From assembly GCA_902602845.1 (NCBI GenBank), contig CACKSN010000001.1:24622-88621 (forward strand): 64,000 bases of DNA. Direction: 5' to 3'. Below are positions 1 to 9,909 of this stretch, one piece after another. The translations under genes and the position numbers were made by a program. Source of the stretch: an uncultured Alphaproteobacteria bacterium (GTDB taxonomy: Bacteria; Pseudomonadota; Alphaproteobacteria; HIMB59; GCA-002718135). Every line of letters begins with the position of its first letter. Position 1 is the stretch's first letter. Below the pieces are notes generated by a model that saw only the letters and a list, made by a program, of their open reading frames with translations, was not told where the DNA came from and searched no databases.

Positions 1-839
1 AAACCTATATAGTCAAATTAAATGAAAAATTAGATTTACAAAATAATATATTTGGACATTGCAATCCAAAAAGTAGTACAGGGAGGTTAGATATTTTCTG
101 CAGAACGATAGTTGATTTCTCTGATGAATATGAAAAGATACCTATAAATTTCAAAGGAGAGATTTTCTTAGAAATAACAAGTAGATCTTTTGATATAAAG
201 TTTGAAAGTGGTAACAAGCTCAACCAATTAAGATTAGTGTATAAAAAACATAACTATTTAAATGATAATGAACTAAATGAAATTAATAAACATAACCAAA
301 TAGTATTTGCAGAAAAATATTCAGATTATATAATTGAAAATGGCTTAAAAGTTTCTGTAAACTTATTGTCATATAATAATAAAGCTGTTGCATATTCTGC
401 AAAAAAAAATGCTCCTCTACTTGACTTTAATAAAATTAATTTTCATAAAATCAGTGATTATTGGAATCTTATATTTTCAGAAAAAAAATCTATTATTATT
501 GAGAAGGATAAGTTTTATATTCTTAGATCTAAGGAAAAAGTTAGGATACCTAATTTTCTAGCTGGTGAAATGATTCCATATGATACTGGAATAGGTGATT
601 TTAGAGCACATTATGCCGGATTTTTTGATCCTGGTTTTGGTGATCCCGGTGGATCCTATGCAGTTTTAGAGGTAAAAGCAAATGAATTACCATTTATATT
701 AGAGGACGGTCAAACTATTGCAAGAATCAAATATGAAAAGTTGAACAAAAAGAGTAATATTGTATACGGTTTAGAAATAGATTCAAATTATCAAAATCAG
801 GGTTTAAAACTAAGTAAGCATTTTAAAGATAATGAATAA
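1..839 (+). CDS. dCTP deaminase family protein, long DCD type (5' end outside window)
   Basis: The frame of the 237..839 ORF stays open back to the window edge (TYIVKLNEKLDLQNNIFGHCNPKSSTGRLDIF...). NPKSSTGRLD and GFFDPGFGDPGG motifs fit dCTP deaminase-like enzymes. The listed ATG at 237 is internal. Confidence 0.75.
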   Translation, partial: TYIVKLNEKLDLQNNIFGHCNPKSSTGRLDIFCRTIVDFSDEYEKIPINFKGEIFLEITSRSFDIKFESGNKLNQLRLVYKKHNYLNDNELNEINKHNQIVFAEKYSDYIIENGLKVSVNLLSYNNKAVAYSAKKNAPLLDFNKINFHKISDYWNLIFSEKKSIIIEKDKFYILRSKEKVRIPNFLAGEMIPYDTGIGDFRAHYAGFFDPGFGDPGGSYAVLEVKANELPFILEDGQTIARIKYEKLNKKSNIVYGLEIDSNYQNQGLKLSKHFKDNE

Positions 840-1272
840 AAAAATTTTAATTGTAAACGGACCTAATTTAAATCTATTGGGTCAACGTGAAGATAACATA
901 TATGGTAAAGAAACCTTAGAACATATTAAAACAGCATGCCAGAATAAAAGCAAATTAATTGATTTTGATATTGATTTTTTTCAATCAAATAATGAGGGTG
1001 AAATAATTAATAAGATACATGAAGTTGAAAAATTTTATGATGGTTTAATTATAAATCCAGCAGCATATACTCATTCATCTATAGCAATACTAGATTCATT
1101 AAGAGCTATTAGTAAGCCTAAGATAGAAGTGCATTTATCAAATATTTACTCCAGAGAAGAATATAGAAAAAAAAGTATTACTTCTGAAGGTGTTAATGGT
1201 TTAATTTGCGGTTTTGGGTCAAATAGTTATATTCTTGCAATTGAAGCTATTAGCAAATTAATTTATAAATAA
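832..1272 (+). CDS. aroQ: 3-dehydroquinate dehydratase, type II
   Basis: 146 aa. N-terminus ILIVNGPNLNLLGQRE..IYG and AYTHSSIAILD are typical type II DHQase motifs. Overlaps the upstream gene by 8 nt. Confidence 0.93.
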   Translation: MNKKILIVNGPNLNLLGQREDNIYGKETLEHIKTACQNKSKLIDFDIDFFQSNNEGEIINKIHEVEKFYDGLIINPAAYTHSSIAILDSLRAISKPKIEVHLSNIYSREEYRKKSITSEGVNGLICGFGSNSYILAIEAISKLIYK

Positions 1273-1280
1273 ATAATAAT

Positions 1281-1727
1281 ATGTCAAAAATAGATAAAAC
1301 AGATATTCAAAACGTCAACTTAATCATAAAGGAGACTAAATTAAAGAATATCTCAAGAATTAAAATAAAAAAAAATAATTATGAAATTGAAATAACCTCA
1401 AGTAATTTTACCTCTAGTGATAGCAAAATAAATATTAATGAAAAACCAATTGAAGTAAAAGAAAACGCAATAAAAAATGAAAATATTAATGAAGAAAATA
1501 TTGTTAAATCACCTATGGTTGGTGTAGCATATCTATCTGCTGATCCGAATTCATCTCCATATGTTAAAATAGGTCAACATGTTAAAGCAGGGGACACACT
1601 ATTATTGATAGAAGCAATGAAGACTTTCAATGAAATTAAAGCCCCTCGTTCAGGTATAATTAAAAAAATTGAAGTTTTGAATAGTCAACCTGTTGAGTTT
1701 GGTGATACGCTTATTATTTTTGAATAA
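1281..1727 (+). CDS. accB: acetyl-CoA carboxylase biotin carboxyl carrier protein
   Basis: 148 aa. C-terminal biotinyl domain with EAMK biotinylation motif (LLLIEAMKTFNEI). Sits immediately upstream of accC. Confidence 0.9.
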   Translation: MSKIDKTDIQNVNLIIKETKLKNISRIKIKKNNYEIEITSSNFTSSDSKININEKPIEVKENAIKNENINEENIVKSPMVGVAYLSADPNSSPYVKIGQHVKAGDTLLLIEAMKTFNEIKAPRSGIIKKIEVLNSQPVEFGDTLIIFE

Positions 1728-3058
1728 TGTTCAAAAAGATTCTTATTGCAAATAGAGGAGAAATTGCCTTACGTATACTAAGGGCATGTAGAGAACTCGG
1801 CATTAAAACAGTTGCAATCCATTCAGATGTAGATGAGAGTGCTATGCATGTAAGAATGGCAGATGAAAGTATTTGTGTTGGACCCGCATCAGCTCAATCG
1901 AGCTATTTAAATATTCCTGCAATAATAACTGCAGCAACATTAACTGGTGTTGATGCAATTCATCCTGGTTATGGTTTCTTAAGTGAAAATCAAAGATTTG
2001 CAGAAATAATTGAAGAGCACAATATAAAATTTATTGGTCCAAGTTCAGAGCATATTAAAATGATGGGAAATAAAATTGATGCAAAAAAAGTAATGGATGA
2101 AACAGGTGTCCCAACAGTTAAAGGCATTAATGATATAAATGATAAAAATAAAATTAAAAAATTTATTGAAGACGTAAAATACCCAATTATTGTTAAGGCT
2201 GCCAGTGGTGGTGGAGGTAAGGGTATGAGAGTTGTTAATGAAGATGATGATTTAGATAAAGCAATAAAGGAAGCAAAAATAGAGGCAAAAAAATCATTTA
2301 ATGATGAGAATGTGTACTTAGAAAAGTTCTTAACATCACCAAAACATATTGAAATACAAGTTCTATGTGATTCATTTGGCAATGTTGTAACACTAGGCGA
2401 AAGAGATTGTTCTATACAGAGAAAACATCAAAAGCTTATTGAAGAAAGTCCTAGTTCTGTTCTAAACAATCAGGATAGAGAAAAAATTTCTAAACTTTGT
2501 AGAAAATCAATGAAAGAAATTGGATATGAAGGAGTTGGAACATTAGAATTTTTATATGAGAATAATGAATTTTACTTTATGGAAATGAATACACGTCTTC
2601 AAGTGGAACACCCTGTAACTGAAATGGTTACAGGAATTGATCTTGTTAAAGAACAAATCTTAGTAGCAAATGGAGAAAAACTTAAGATTAAACAAGAAGA
2701 TATTGAATTAAATGGAAGCTCTATAGAATGTAGGATAAATGCTGAACATCCTGAAAGTTTTATACCATCACCAGGAAAAATAACTCAATATCATCAACCA
2801 GGTGGTTTAGGAATTCGCGTAGACTCAGCTGTATATGATGGTTATTCAATACCCTCACATTATGACAGTATGATTGGTAAATTAATAACATACGGCACAA
2901 CAAGATCAGAGGCACTAACAAAAATGAATCGCGCTTTAGAAGAGTACGTCATAATGGGTATAAATACGAATATTCAGCTACATCAAAAAATTATACAAAC
3001 AGATGAGTTTACAAAGGGGAACTATGATATTAATTTTATGTCAAAATTAATTGAGTAA
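1727..3058 (+). CDS. accC: acetyl-CoA carboxylase biotin carboxylase subunit
   Basis: 443 aa. KILIANRGEIALRI N-terminus, ATP-grasp glycine loop KAASGGGGKGMRVV, and EMNTRLQVEHPVTE motif. Confidence 0.97.
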   Translation: MFKKILIANRGEIALRILRACRELGIKTVAIHSDVDESAMHVRMADESICVGPASAQSSYLNIPAIITAATLTGVDAIHPGYGFLSENQRFAEIIEEHNIKFIGPSSEHIKMMGNKIDAKKVMDETGVPTVKGINDINDKNKIKKFIEDVKYPIIVKAASGGGGKGMRVVNEDDDLDKAIKEAKIEAKKSFNDENVYLEKFLTSPKHIEIQVLCDSFGNVVTLGERDCSIQRKHQKLIEESPSSVLNNQDREKISKLCRKSMKEIGYEGVGTLEFLYENNEFYFMEMNTRLQVEHPVTEMVTGIDLVKEQILVANGEKLKIKQEDIELNGSSIECRINAEHPESFIPSPGKITQYHQPGGLGIRVDSAVYDGYSIPSHYDSMIGKLITYGTTRSEALTKMNRALEEYVIMGINTNIQLHQKIIQTDEFTKGNYDINFMSKLIE

Positions 3059-3704
3059 AATAATAGAATTAAATAGTCTAATAGAATTTTACAAAAATTC
3101 TTACTTTCCTATGGCTGATAGTAAGAATAGTAATACAATTAAATTTTACAAACCAAAATTAAGATTTATAATTCCTATATCAAATTTTCGTTACCCAAAA
3201 AAACTTTTTAGTAAATTTAAAAAAAATAAATATATTTTCAAAATTAATTTTGATTTTCCTAAGGTTATAGAATTATGTAAAGAAGTTAAAAGAAAAGATA
3301 ACGATACGTGGATAAATAATATTATTGAGGACACATTTATTGAATTAAATAAAATTGGTAAGTGTCATAGTGTTGAATGTTATGAAAATGAGAAAATTGT
3401 TGGTGGATTATATGGTGTACATCTTGGATCATGTTTCTTTGGTGAAAGTATGTTTAGTCTTAAAACTAATACTAGTAAATTTTGTTTGCTTTATTTATTA
3501 GCAATTTTAAAACAAAATAACTTCACATTACTTGACTCACAATTTTATAATCACCATCTAGTTCAGTTTGGAGCATTTGAAATAGAAAATAAATTATATG
3601 AAAAAAAACTTAAAATGAGTCTAGAAAAAAAATCTTATTTTAAAAATATTGATAATTTTCAAAATGTTTTATCATTAATACAATCTACTAACCATAAGTC
3701 ATAA
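3051..3704 (+). CDS. aat: leucyl/phenylalanyl-tRNA--protein transferase
   Basis: 217 aa. GGLYGVHLGSCFFGESMFS and LLDSQFYNHHLVQFGA match conserved Aat blocks. Confidence 0.85.
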   Translation: MSKIIELNSLIEFYKNSYFPMADSKNSNTIKFYKPKLRFIIPISNFRYPKKLFSKFKKNKYIFKINFDFPKVIELCKEVKRKDNDTWINNIIEDTFIELNKIGKCHSVECYENEKIVGGLYGVHLGSCFFGESMFSLKTNTSKFCLLYLLAILKQNNFTLLDSQFYNHHLVQFGAFEIENKLYEKKLKMSLEKKSYFKNIDNFQNVLSLIQSTNHKS

Positions 3705-4063
3705 ATTGGATTTTCGAGAGGTGTTATATCAGGTGAAGAAGAAATCATCCATCCCTTGTAAATATTTTTATTTTTATTGTTAATTTCATCATATACATCA
3801 ATTAAAACATAGTCTTCAGGAATTTCAGTTGGAGGAGTACTAGCACAGTATAAAACATGAATATTTAATGTTTCCCATACAACTACAGAGTTAACTGAAA
3901 TATTTTTTTGAGAAACTTTATTAGTAGTTTTATTTAATAATTTGAATGAAGCATACTTCTTTTCAATGGTTTCTGCGGAAGCAGATAATGTAAAAAAGAA
4001 AAATATACCTATTTTAATTAGGTTTCCAAGATTGGTAATCTTCTTGTTTTTTTTCAGGATCAT
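3659..4063 (-). CDS. DUF2155-like exported protein
   Basis: C-terminal GWMISSSPDITPLENPIYDLWLVDC resembles the DUF2155 signature, and the gene lies next to an NDUFA12-like gene as in other alphaproteobacteria. I prefer the start at MILKKNKK (4063), which precedes a signal-peptide-like segment. The track ORF extends to 4105. Confidence 0.6.
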   Translation of the reverse strand: MILKKNKKITNLGNLIKIGIFFFFTLSASAETIEKKYASFKLLNKTTNKVSQKNISVNSVVVWETLNIHVLYCASTPPTEIPEDYVLIDVYDEINNKNKNIYKGWMISSSPDITPLENPIYDLWLVDCINDKTF

Positions 4064-4370
4064 AATTTTTTGAAAGTGGGTGAGATGATGGAAAATATGC
4101 TTCACTAGTACCAGTCATATTTGGTTTGTGATTTTTTTGCCATTTATACTTATGAGAATAATTTATAGGAGGATTTTCTATAGATTTATGAAGCCAGGCA
4201 TGCCAGTGTGGTGGAATATTTGATGCTTCTATTTCTCCATTAAAAATAACCCATCTTTTTGCATTTAAATCTTTGAAATCTTTTGAATTAGAATAATATT
4301 TATTTCCCAAATTATCGCTACCAACTAAGTTGCCGTATAACCAAGTATAAATTTTTGTTCCCAAAGACAT
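4014..4370 (-). CDS. NADH:ubiquinone oxidoreductase subunit NDUFA12-like protein
   Basis: 118 aa. N-terminal TWLYGNLVG.D..GNKYY and the PP.WHAWLH motif are typical of the bacterial NDUFA12 family. Confidence 0.8.
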   Translation of the reverse strand: MSLGTKIYTWLYGNLVGSDNLGNKYYSNSKDFKDLNAKRWVIFNGEIEASNIPPHWHAWLHKSIENPPINYSHKYKWQKNHKPNMTGTSEAYFPSSHPLSKNYDPEKKQEDYQSWKPN

Positions 4371-4387
4371 TACAATTTCTATAAAGA

Positions 4388-5422
4388 TTAATTAACTACT
4401 TTCCAATTAATTTTTTTATTAGCATAAAAATTTTTAACCTGAATATCTTTATAACTGGATAAATCTGACATAATCCATTCCTTTTTTTCTAATTTAATTT
4501 TTCTATCATTGATAGGAAAATTATAGTGTTTTGCTCCATTAATTGAACAAAATATCTCTAAATTATGTATTGCATTTTCTTGATCAAAAATTTCTGCATA
4601 TAATTCTATTGAACAAGGGGAGGAAAATATTCCTGGCTTAGAAGACATATCTGGTTTTTTTAAATGAATTGGATGGGGAGCTGAATCTGTACCTAAAAAA
4701 AATTTAGAATTGTTGTGACATGCAGCATTTCTTAATTCTATTAAATCTGATTCATTTTTAACTACTGGCATACAAAAGTGATGCGGATTAATAGAGTCAT
4801 CAAGAAAAACATCTTTTTTGGTCAAAAGCATGTGGTGTGGTGTAATTGTTCCTACAATATTTTCATTTTCTTTTATATAGTTTACCCCATAAGCAGTTGA
4901 TACATGTTCAAGAGTAATTTTTAAAAAAGGAAATTTTTTTCTAATAAGGCTTAATTCATCATCTATAAAATATTTTTCTCTATCAAAAATATCAATATCA
5001 TTAGCTACTTTTTCTCCATGTATTAGTAATGGACTTTTTTCTGCTTCTAAAATCTCTAAAAATTTAAAAATTTTTGAAATGTCACTTACTCCATGACTTG
5101 AGTTTGTAGTAGCATTTGAAGGATAAAGTTTAGATCCAAAGAAAACTTTGTTTTGTATACCTGTTCTAAAATCTTCTAAATCTAAATTTTCATTCAAATA
5201 GCAAGGTATAAGTGGTTCAAAAATATTATCAGATGCTTTTTTTAAAAGTTCTTTATAAGAAGAAGCTTTATTGGTATCTGTGATTGGAATTTCTGTATTT
5301 GGCATTGCCACACATCTTTTATTTATTCTTGAGGAGAAATTAGTAACCATTTCTAACATGTCACCCTCTCTAAAATGTACATGCCAATCATCAGGCTGAA
5401 TTATTTCAATACTTTTACTCAC
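4388..5422 (-). CDS. pyrC: dihydroorotase (homodimeric type)
   Basis: 344 aa. PDDWHVHFREG metal-binding motif near the N-terminus and FLGTDSAPH near the C-terminus. Confidence 0.9.
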   Translation of the reverse strand: MSKSIEIIQPDDWHVHFREGDMLEMVTNFSSRINKRCVAMPNTEIPITDTNKASSYKELLKKASDNIFEPLIPCYLNENLDLEDFRTGIQNKVFFGSKLYPSNATTNSSHGVSDISKIFKFLEILEAEKSPLLIHGEKVANDIDIFDREKYFIDDELSLIRKKFPFLKITLEHVSTAYGVNYIKENENIVGTITPHHMLLTKKDVFLDDSINPHHFCMPVVKNESDLIELRNAACHNNSKFFLGTDSAPHPIHLKKPDMSSKPGIFSSPCSIELYAEIFDQENAIHNLEIFCSINGAKHYNFPINDRKIKLEKKEWIMSDLSSYKDIQVKNFYANKKINWKVVN

Positions 5423-6338
5423 AATAATTATTTTTTTGTAATATATTATAAATCTTTTCTACACTTATTGAATCCATATAGGACTTTGTCTTATCAATAT
5501 TAATACTTTTAAAATATTCGTAGCTTTCATTTGTTCTTATAACATGTGAGTCTTGCATATATGGACCATAAATAATATCATTTGTTGGACCAAATAATAC
5601 TATAGATTTTAATTTTGTTGCTGAAGCCATATGTGACAAACCAGAATCATTTCCAATAAATAATTTTGATTTCTTCATATATGCAGCAGTTTGAGTCAGA
5701 GATGCACCAAATAAATTAGTTATTTTATTTGTATCAATATTTTTTGTTATTTCATTTAAGTAATTATCTTCTTCTGACTTTGAACCAACTAAAATAAATT
5801 TAATATTTGTATTTTGAGATAAAATCTTAGCTAATAGTGAATTGTAATTTTTAACATTCCATATTTTTGGTTTCCAATTACCGCCTGGAAATATTACAAA
5901 ATATTTAAATTTATCAGATAAATCTTTTGTTACTATTTCTTCTTCTTGTTTATTAGTTTCAATAAAAATATCAGAGCAATCAAATCCAAAATAATCAGAT
6001 AACTGCTGGATATGATTTAGATTAGATTTTTTTTTAAAAATAAATTTTTTCTTATGTTTTAAAAAATAAGACAATAATGAACTTCTAAAATCGATAATTA
6101 TATCCCACTTCTTTCCATAACAGATAGAAATTATATCTAACCAATGCATATTGTATCTTTTTTTTGAAACAGTGATTATTGTTTCTACTGATTTAAAGTT
6201 TTTGAAAATTGATTTAGCAGATGGGCCAATAACAAATGTAAATTTAGCTTCAGGATATTTATTACTAAAATATTTTATAACTCCAGTCGATAAAATTGTA
6301 TCTCCAATAAGATTTGACGAAATAACAAGAATTTTCAC
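5415..6338 (-). CDS. glycosyltransferase family 9 (heptosyltransferase-like)
   Basis: 307 aa. MKILVISSNLIGDTIL N-terminus and C-terminal FIGNDSGLSHMASA motif are typical GT9. Confidence 0.8.
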   Translation of the reverse strand: MKILVISSNLIGDTILSTGVIKYFSNKYPEAKFTFVIGPSAKSIFKNFKSVETIITVSKKRYNMHWLDIISICYGKKWDIIIDFRSSLLSYFLKHKKKFIFKKKSNLNHIQQLSDYFGFDCSDIFIETNKQEEEIVTKDLSDKFKYFVIFPGGNWKPKIWNVKNYNSLLAKILSQNTNIKFILVGSKSEEDNYLNEITKNIDTNKITNLFGASLTQTAAYMKKSKLFIGNDSGLSHMASATKLKSIVLFGPTNDIIYGPYMQDSHVIRTNESYEYFKSINIDKTKSYMDSISVEKIYNILQKNNYCE

Positions 6339-6383
6339 AGAAATATTACACTTTTAAAATATTCAATATATATTTAGATAATT

Positions 6384-7214
6384 ATGAAAGATAAATACTT
6401 TTTTCATCATTTGAATTCAAGATTTTTTCAGATTTCTGGAAAAGATAGTAAATCATTTATTCAAAATTTAATTACTAATGACATTGAAAAGTGTAAAAAT
6501 GGATCAATTATTTACTCATGCCTATTAACACCTCAAGGTAAATTTTTAGCAGATTTTTTTATATTTAATATAAATGAAATCTATATTTTTGAAACTAATG
6601 TTAAATTTTATAGTAATTTATTAGGACGATTAAAAATTTATAAACTTCGTTCTGATATAGAAATTAAAGAAATTAATAATCTAGATTCTTATTCATTATT
6701 TAATGTAGATTTTAAAAATGATTATATTGTTTATTTTAATGATCCTAGAAATATCAATTTAGGTAAAAAACTTATAACGAATAAAAAAATTTTAATTGAA
6801 AAAGAGAGTTTGAAAGAAATTAATGAAACAGAATATCATGAAATTTTAATTAATAATATAACCCCCTATTCACCATTTGATATTTTAGAAAATAAATCAT
6901 TATTATTGGAAAATAATTTTGATAATTTAAATGCTATTGATTGGGAGAAGGGATGTTATGTGGGTCAAGAAATTACTGCAAGAATGAAATACCGAGGATT
7001 ACTCAAGAAAAAACTTTATGCTTTAAAAATAAAAAATGGCGATGTTCTGGAGGGAGATGAATTAATAGTAGATAATAAAAAAATAGGTACAATTGTATCA
7101 AAAGCAAATTCAAAAATTTTTGCTGCACTTAATATTAATTTTGTAAATGAATTAAAAAATAATCGTCAAAATTTAGTAATAAATGATTCATTATCTTTTG
7201 ATTTTTTAAATTGA
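6384..7214 (+). CDS. ygfZ: folate-binding YgfZ/GcvT-family protein
   Basis: 276 aa. The KGCYVGQEITARMKYRG motif is the YgfZ signature. Confidence 0.8.
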   Translation: MKDKYFFHHLNSRFFQISGKDSKSFIQNLITNDIEKCKNGSIIYSCLLTPQGKFLADFFIFNINEIYIFETNVKFYSNLLGRLKIYKLRSDIEIKEINNLDSYSLFNVDFKNDYIVYFNDPRNINLGKKLITNKKILIEKESLKEINETEYHEILINNITPYSPFDILENKSLLLENNFDNLNAIDWEKGCYVGQEITARMKYRGLLKKKLYALKIKNGDVLEGDELIVDNKKIGTIVSKANSKIFAALNINFVNELKNNRQNLVINDSLSFDFLN

Positions 7215-8354
7215 AAATTTTTTTCTGTAAAAACTTATTGGAATTACTAAAAGTATAAAAATTATCAGCATAGGTACAAAAATATTATTGATGCCATAGT
7301 TGTTTGCTATAAATCCTAATGAAGCTGGAGCTCCTATAAATGTTCCATAAACTGCGATTGAAATAATTGTTATCCCTACCCCACTGTCGATTCCTTTAAT
7401 TTTACCAGCTAAACTATATGCCATAGGCACAATTGAGGATGCACCGATACCTAATAATGAAAACCCAATAATTGCTGCATAAATACTGCTGAAATTAGAT
7501 AAAATTATTAAACTTATAATTGTCAATAAAAACAAAATAAAAATTAAATAAAAAACTCCAATTTTATCTCTCACCCAATCACCACTAAATCTTCCAATAA
7601 CCATAAAAATATTAAAACTTAGAGTGGCTAAGCCAATATAGAATCCATCAACTTGAATAAAATCTCTCATATATAGAGCACCCCATGCATCAACACTACC
7701 TTCTGTTAGAGCGTTTGCCATTGAAATTAAAGCTAATAAAACAATAAGTAAGGGCCAAATAAAAAATATACTTTTTTCGCTTGAGTGTTCAGATTTTTTT
7801 TCAACTTGTGTTTCTAAACAAAAAACAAAATACAAACTCAAAGGAAGAAGAATAATAACATATAAAAGTATATTAAAAATAAATGAATAATTCCACTCAA
7901 GCAAGAAGCTAGTAATTAGAGAGCCTAATAAAACTCCAAGACTCCAAAATGCATGGAAGCCAGACATCATTGATTTTTTTTCTCTAACTTCTAAATTTGA
8001 CGCATAAACATTGCACGCAATTTCAAATGCACCATAACTCATGCCAAATATGAAAGAGAAAATCATGAAAATCCACAAATCTTGTATAAAAGGCACTGGC
8101 AACCACAAACACCCCTCTGCAATCAATGTAAATGTTAAAATTGATTTAGTCGATGTTTTGCTAATGAGAGAATTTGCAAAAATCATTGCAACAATTGAAC
8201 CAATCGCAAATGTAAGCATAATATATCCAACACCCACATAATCAGTTTGAAGTTGATCTTTAATAGTAGGTATTCTAATTACCCATAGACCTACATAACA
8301 AGCGGTAATAAAAAATATAATTTTTATTGCATGAATATCACTTATTTTTTTCAT
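7206..8354 (-). CDS. MFS transporter
   Basis: 382 aa, about 12 hydrophobic helices, two-halves architecture. Converges on ygfZ with a 9-nt overlap. Confidence 0.8.
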   Translation of the reverse strand: MKKISDIHAIKIIFFITACYVGLWVIRIPTIKDQLQTDYVGVGYIMLTFAIGSIVAMIFANSLISKTSTKSILTFTLIAEGCLWLPVPFIQDLWIFMIFSFIFGMSYGAFEIACNVYASNLEVREKKSMMSGFHAFWSLGVLLGSLITSFLLEWNYSFIFNILLYVIILLPLSLYFVFCLETQVEKKSEHSSEKSIFFIWPLLIVLLALISMANALTEGSVDAWGALYMRDFIQVDGFYIGLATLSFNIFMVIGRFSGDWVRDKIGVFYLIFILFLLTIISLIILSNFSSIYAAIIGFSLLGIGASSIVPMAYSLAGKIKGIDSGVGITIISIAVYGTFIGAPASLGFIANNYGINNIFVPMLIIFILLVIPISFYRKKFSI

Positions 8355-8363
8355 ACAATTTTA

Positions 8364-9740
8364 TTAATTAAAATATTTTTTGTAATACTCAGATAAATTT
8401 TCGATAGAAACTCTTTCTTGCTTCATTGTATCTCTATCTCTTACAGTAACACTTTTATCTTCCAAAGTCTCAAAGTCTACTGTCAAGCAAATTGGTGTAC
8501 CTATTTCATCATGTCTTCTATAATTCTTTCCTATATTCCCAGAATTTTCCAGTACCACTCTTCCCAATCCCAGTTTCTGCAGATTAGATTTTATTTCTTT
8601 AGATAAATTAACTAATTCTTCATTATTCTTTTTGAGAGGAATAACAGCAGCTTTAATAGGTGATAGATGAGGTTTTAAAGATAAAAGAACTCTTTTATTA
8701 TCTTGATCTACATTTTCTTCACGATAAGCTTCATTTAACAAAGCAAGAACTCCTCTATCAACACCAGCTGATGGCTCAATTACATAAGGAATATACCATT
8801 TTTTTTCTTCTAAATCTTGAACAGCTAATTTTGTAGTTGAAGAGGAGTTTTTCATAACTTCTGATGTAATTTTAAAATCGTTTTGATTTTTAGTATGAGA
8901 ACCTAAGTCAAAGTCAGTTCTATTGGCTATCCCTTCTAGTTCCTCTTCACCGTGAGGAAAAACATAATTGATATCAACAGTTTTTTTTGAGTAGTGAGCT
9001 AGTTCATGTTTTTCTACTACAATTTTTTTTAAATTTTCTTTTTTTATGCCTTGATTAACCCACCATTCTATTCTCTTATTTATCCAATATTCATGCCATT
9101 CATCATCAGTACCTGGTTTAACAAAAAATTCTAATTCCATTTGTTCAAATTCTCTAACTCTAAAGATAAAATTACGAGGTGTTATTTCATTTCTAAATGC
9201 TTTTCCCATTTGTGCGATACCAAAAGGAACAGTTCTAGAAGTTGAATCTAATATATTTTTAAAATTAGTAAAAATTTGCTGACAAGTTTCTGGTCTTAAA
9301 TATGCGAATGACGAACCATCATCTACTGGCCCAATTGCAGTTTTAAACATTAAATTAAAGGGTCTTGGTTCAGTCAAATCTTTAACTTTACAATCAGGCA
9401 ATAGTCCTCCTCTTGGGCATTCACTATTTTCTAACTGATCTGCTCTAAATCTAGCTTTACAAATCTTACAGTCTACAAGTGGATCTGAGAAAGTGTCTTC
9501 ATGACCGGAATGTTTTAATACAACTGGCGCACTTAAAATACTTGCATCCAATCCCTCAGTGTCATCTCGCTCATAAACCATTGATTTCCACCAAGCTTGT
9601 TTAAGATTATTTTTTAACTCGACTCCCATTGGTCCATAATCATATAAACCTTTGATACCGCCATAGATGTCATTTGATTGAAATAAAAAACCTCTTCTTT
9701 TGCAAAGAGAAACTAACTCTTCCATTGTTTGTGCAGTCAT
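8364..9740 (-). CDS. glyQS: glycine--tRNA ligase (dimeric alpha2 type)
   Basis: 458 aa. [33 protein letters not shown]-terminus and class II motifs ([15 protein letters not shown]). Confidence 0.93.
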   Translation of the reverse strand: MTAQTMEELVSLCKRRGFLFQSNDIYGGIKGLYDYGPMGVELKNNLKQAWWKSMVYERDDTEGLDASILSAPVVLKHSGHEDTFSDPLVDCKICKARFRADQLENSECPRGGLLPDCKVKDLTEPRPFNLMFKTAIGPVDDGSSFAYLRPETCQQIFTNFKNILDSTSRTVPFGIAQMGKAFRNEITPRNFIFRVREFEQMELEFFVKPGTDDEWHEYWINKRIEWWVNQGIKKENLKKIVVEKHELAHYSKKTVDINYVFPHGEEELEGIANRTDFDLGSHTKNQNDFKITSEVMKNSSSTTKLAVQDLEEKKWYIPYVIEPSAGVDRGVLALLNEAYREENVDQDNKRVLLSLKPHLSPIKAAVIPLKKNNEELVNLSKEIKSNLQKLGLGRVVLENSGNIGKNYRRHDEIGTPICLTVDFETLEDKSVTVRDRDTMKQERVSIENLSEYYKKYFN

Positions 9741-9747
9741 ATAACTC

Positions 9748-9909
9748 TTAATCTTTTGGTTTATATTCTTTCGTTTTTGGATCTTTCTCTAAATCGATTA
9801 CTGAGTCATTATTTACTTTATTATTAGTGAATTTGTCTTGTTTTTTTTTCTTAAACCTTAAAAAAAATAAAATAGAGGCTAAAATAACAAATAAAACTAG
9901 AAATTTCAT
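9748..9909 (-). CDS. small membrane protein (53 aa), not in ORF track
   Basis: Hand translation gives [53 protein letters not shown]. Its ATG shares one base with the sppA stop (TAATG). One N-terminal TM helix and a charged tail. It fills an otherwise empty 168-nt gap. Confidence 0.45.
   Translation of the reverse strand: MKFLVLFVILASILFFLRFKKKKQDKFTNNKVNNDSVIDLEKDPKTKEYKPKD

Noticed and set aside
5-223. 72-aa minus-strand ORF at the window start
   Set aside because: It lies antisense to an open plus-strand frame that continues into the dCTP deaminase-like gene and carries the NPKSSTGRLD motif. The minus ORF is low-complexity and has no recognisable features.
1-839. dCTP deaminase-like gene considered as a nucleotide-depletion anti-phage effector
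   Set aside because: It sits in a housekeeping context (aroQ-accBC, overlapping aroQ by 8 nt) and matches the long DCD-type enzyme. Nothing in the sequence suggests a defence-specific variant, and the N-terminus is outside the window.
1990-2382. 130-aa minus-strand ORF inside accC
   Set aside because: It is fully embedded antisense in a strongly supported biotin carboxylase gene. Its PPPP and Ser-rich content mirrors the GGGGK-coding strand.
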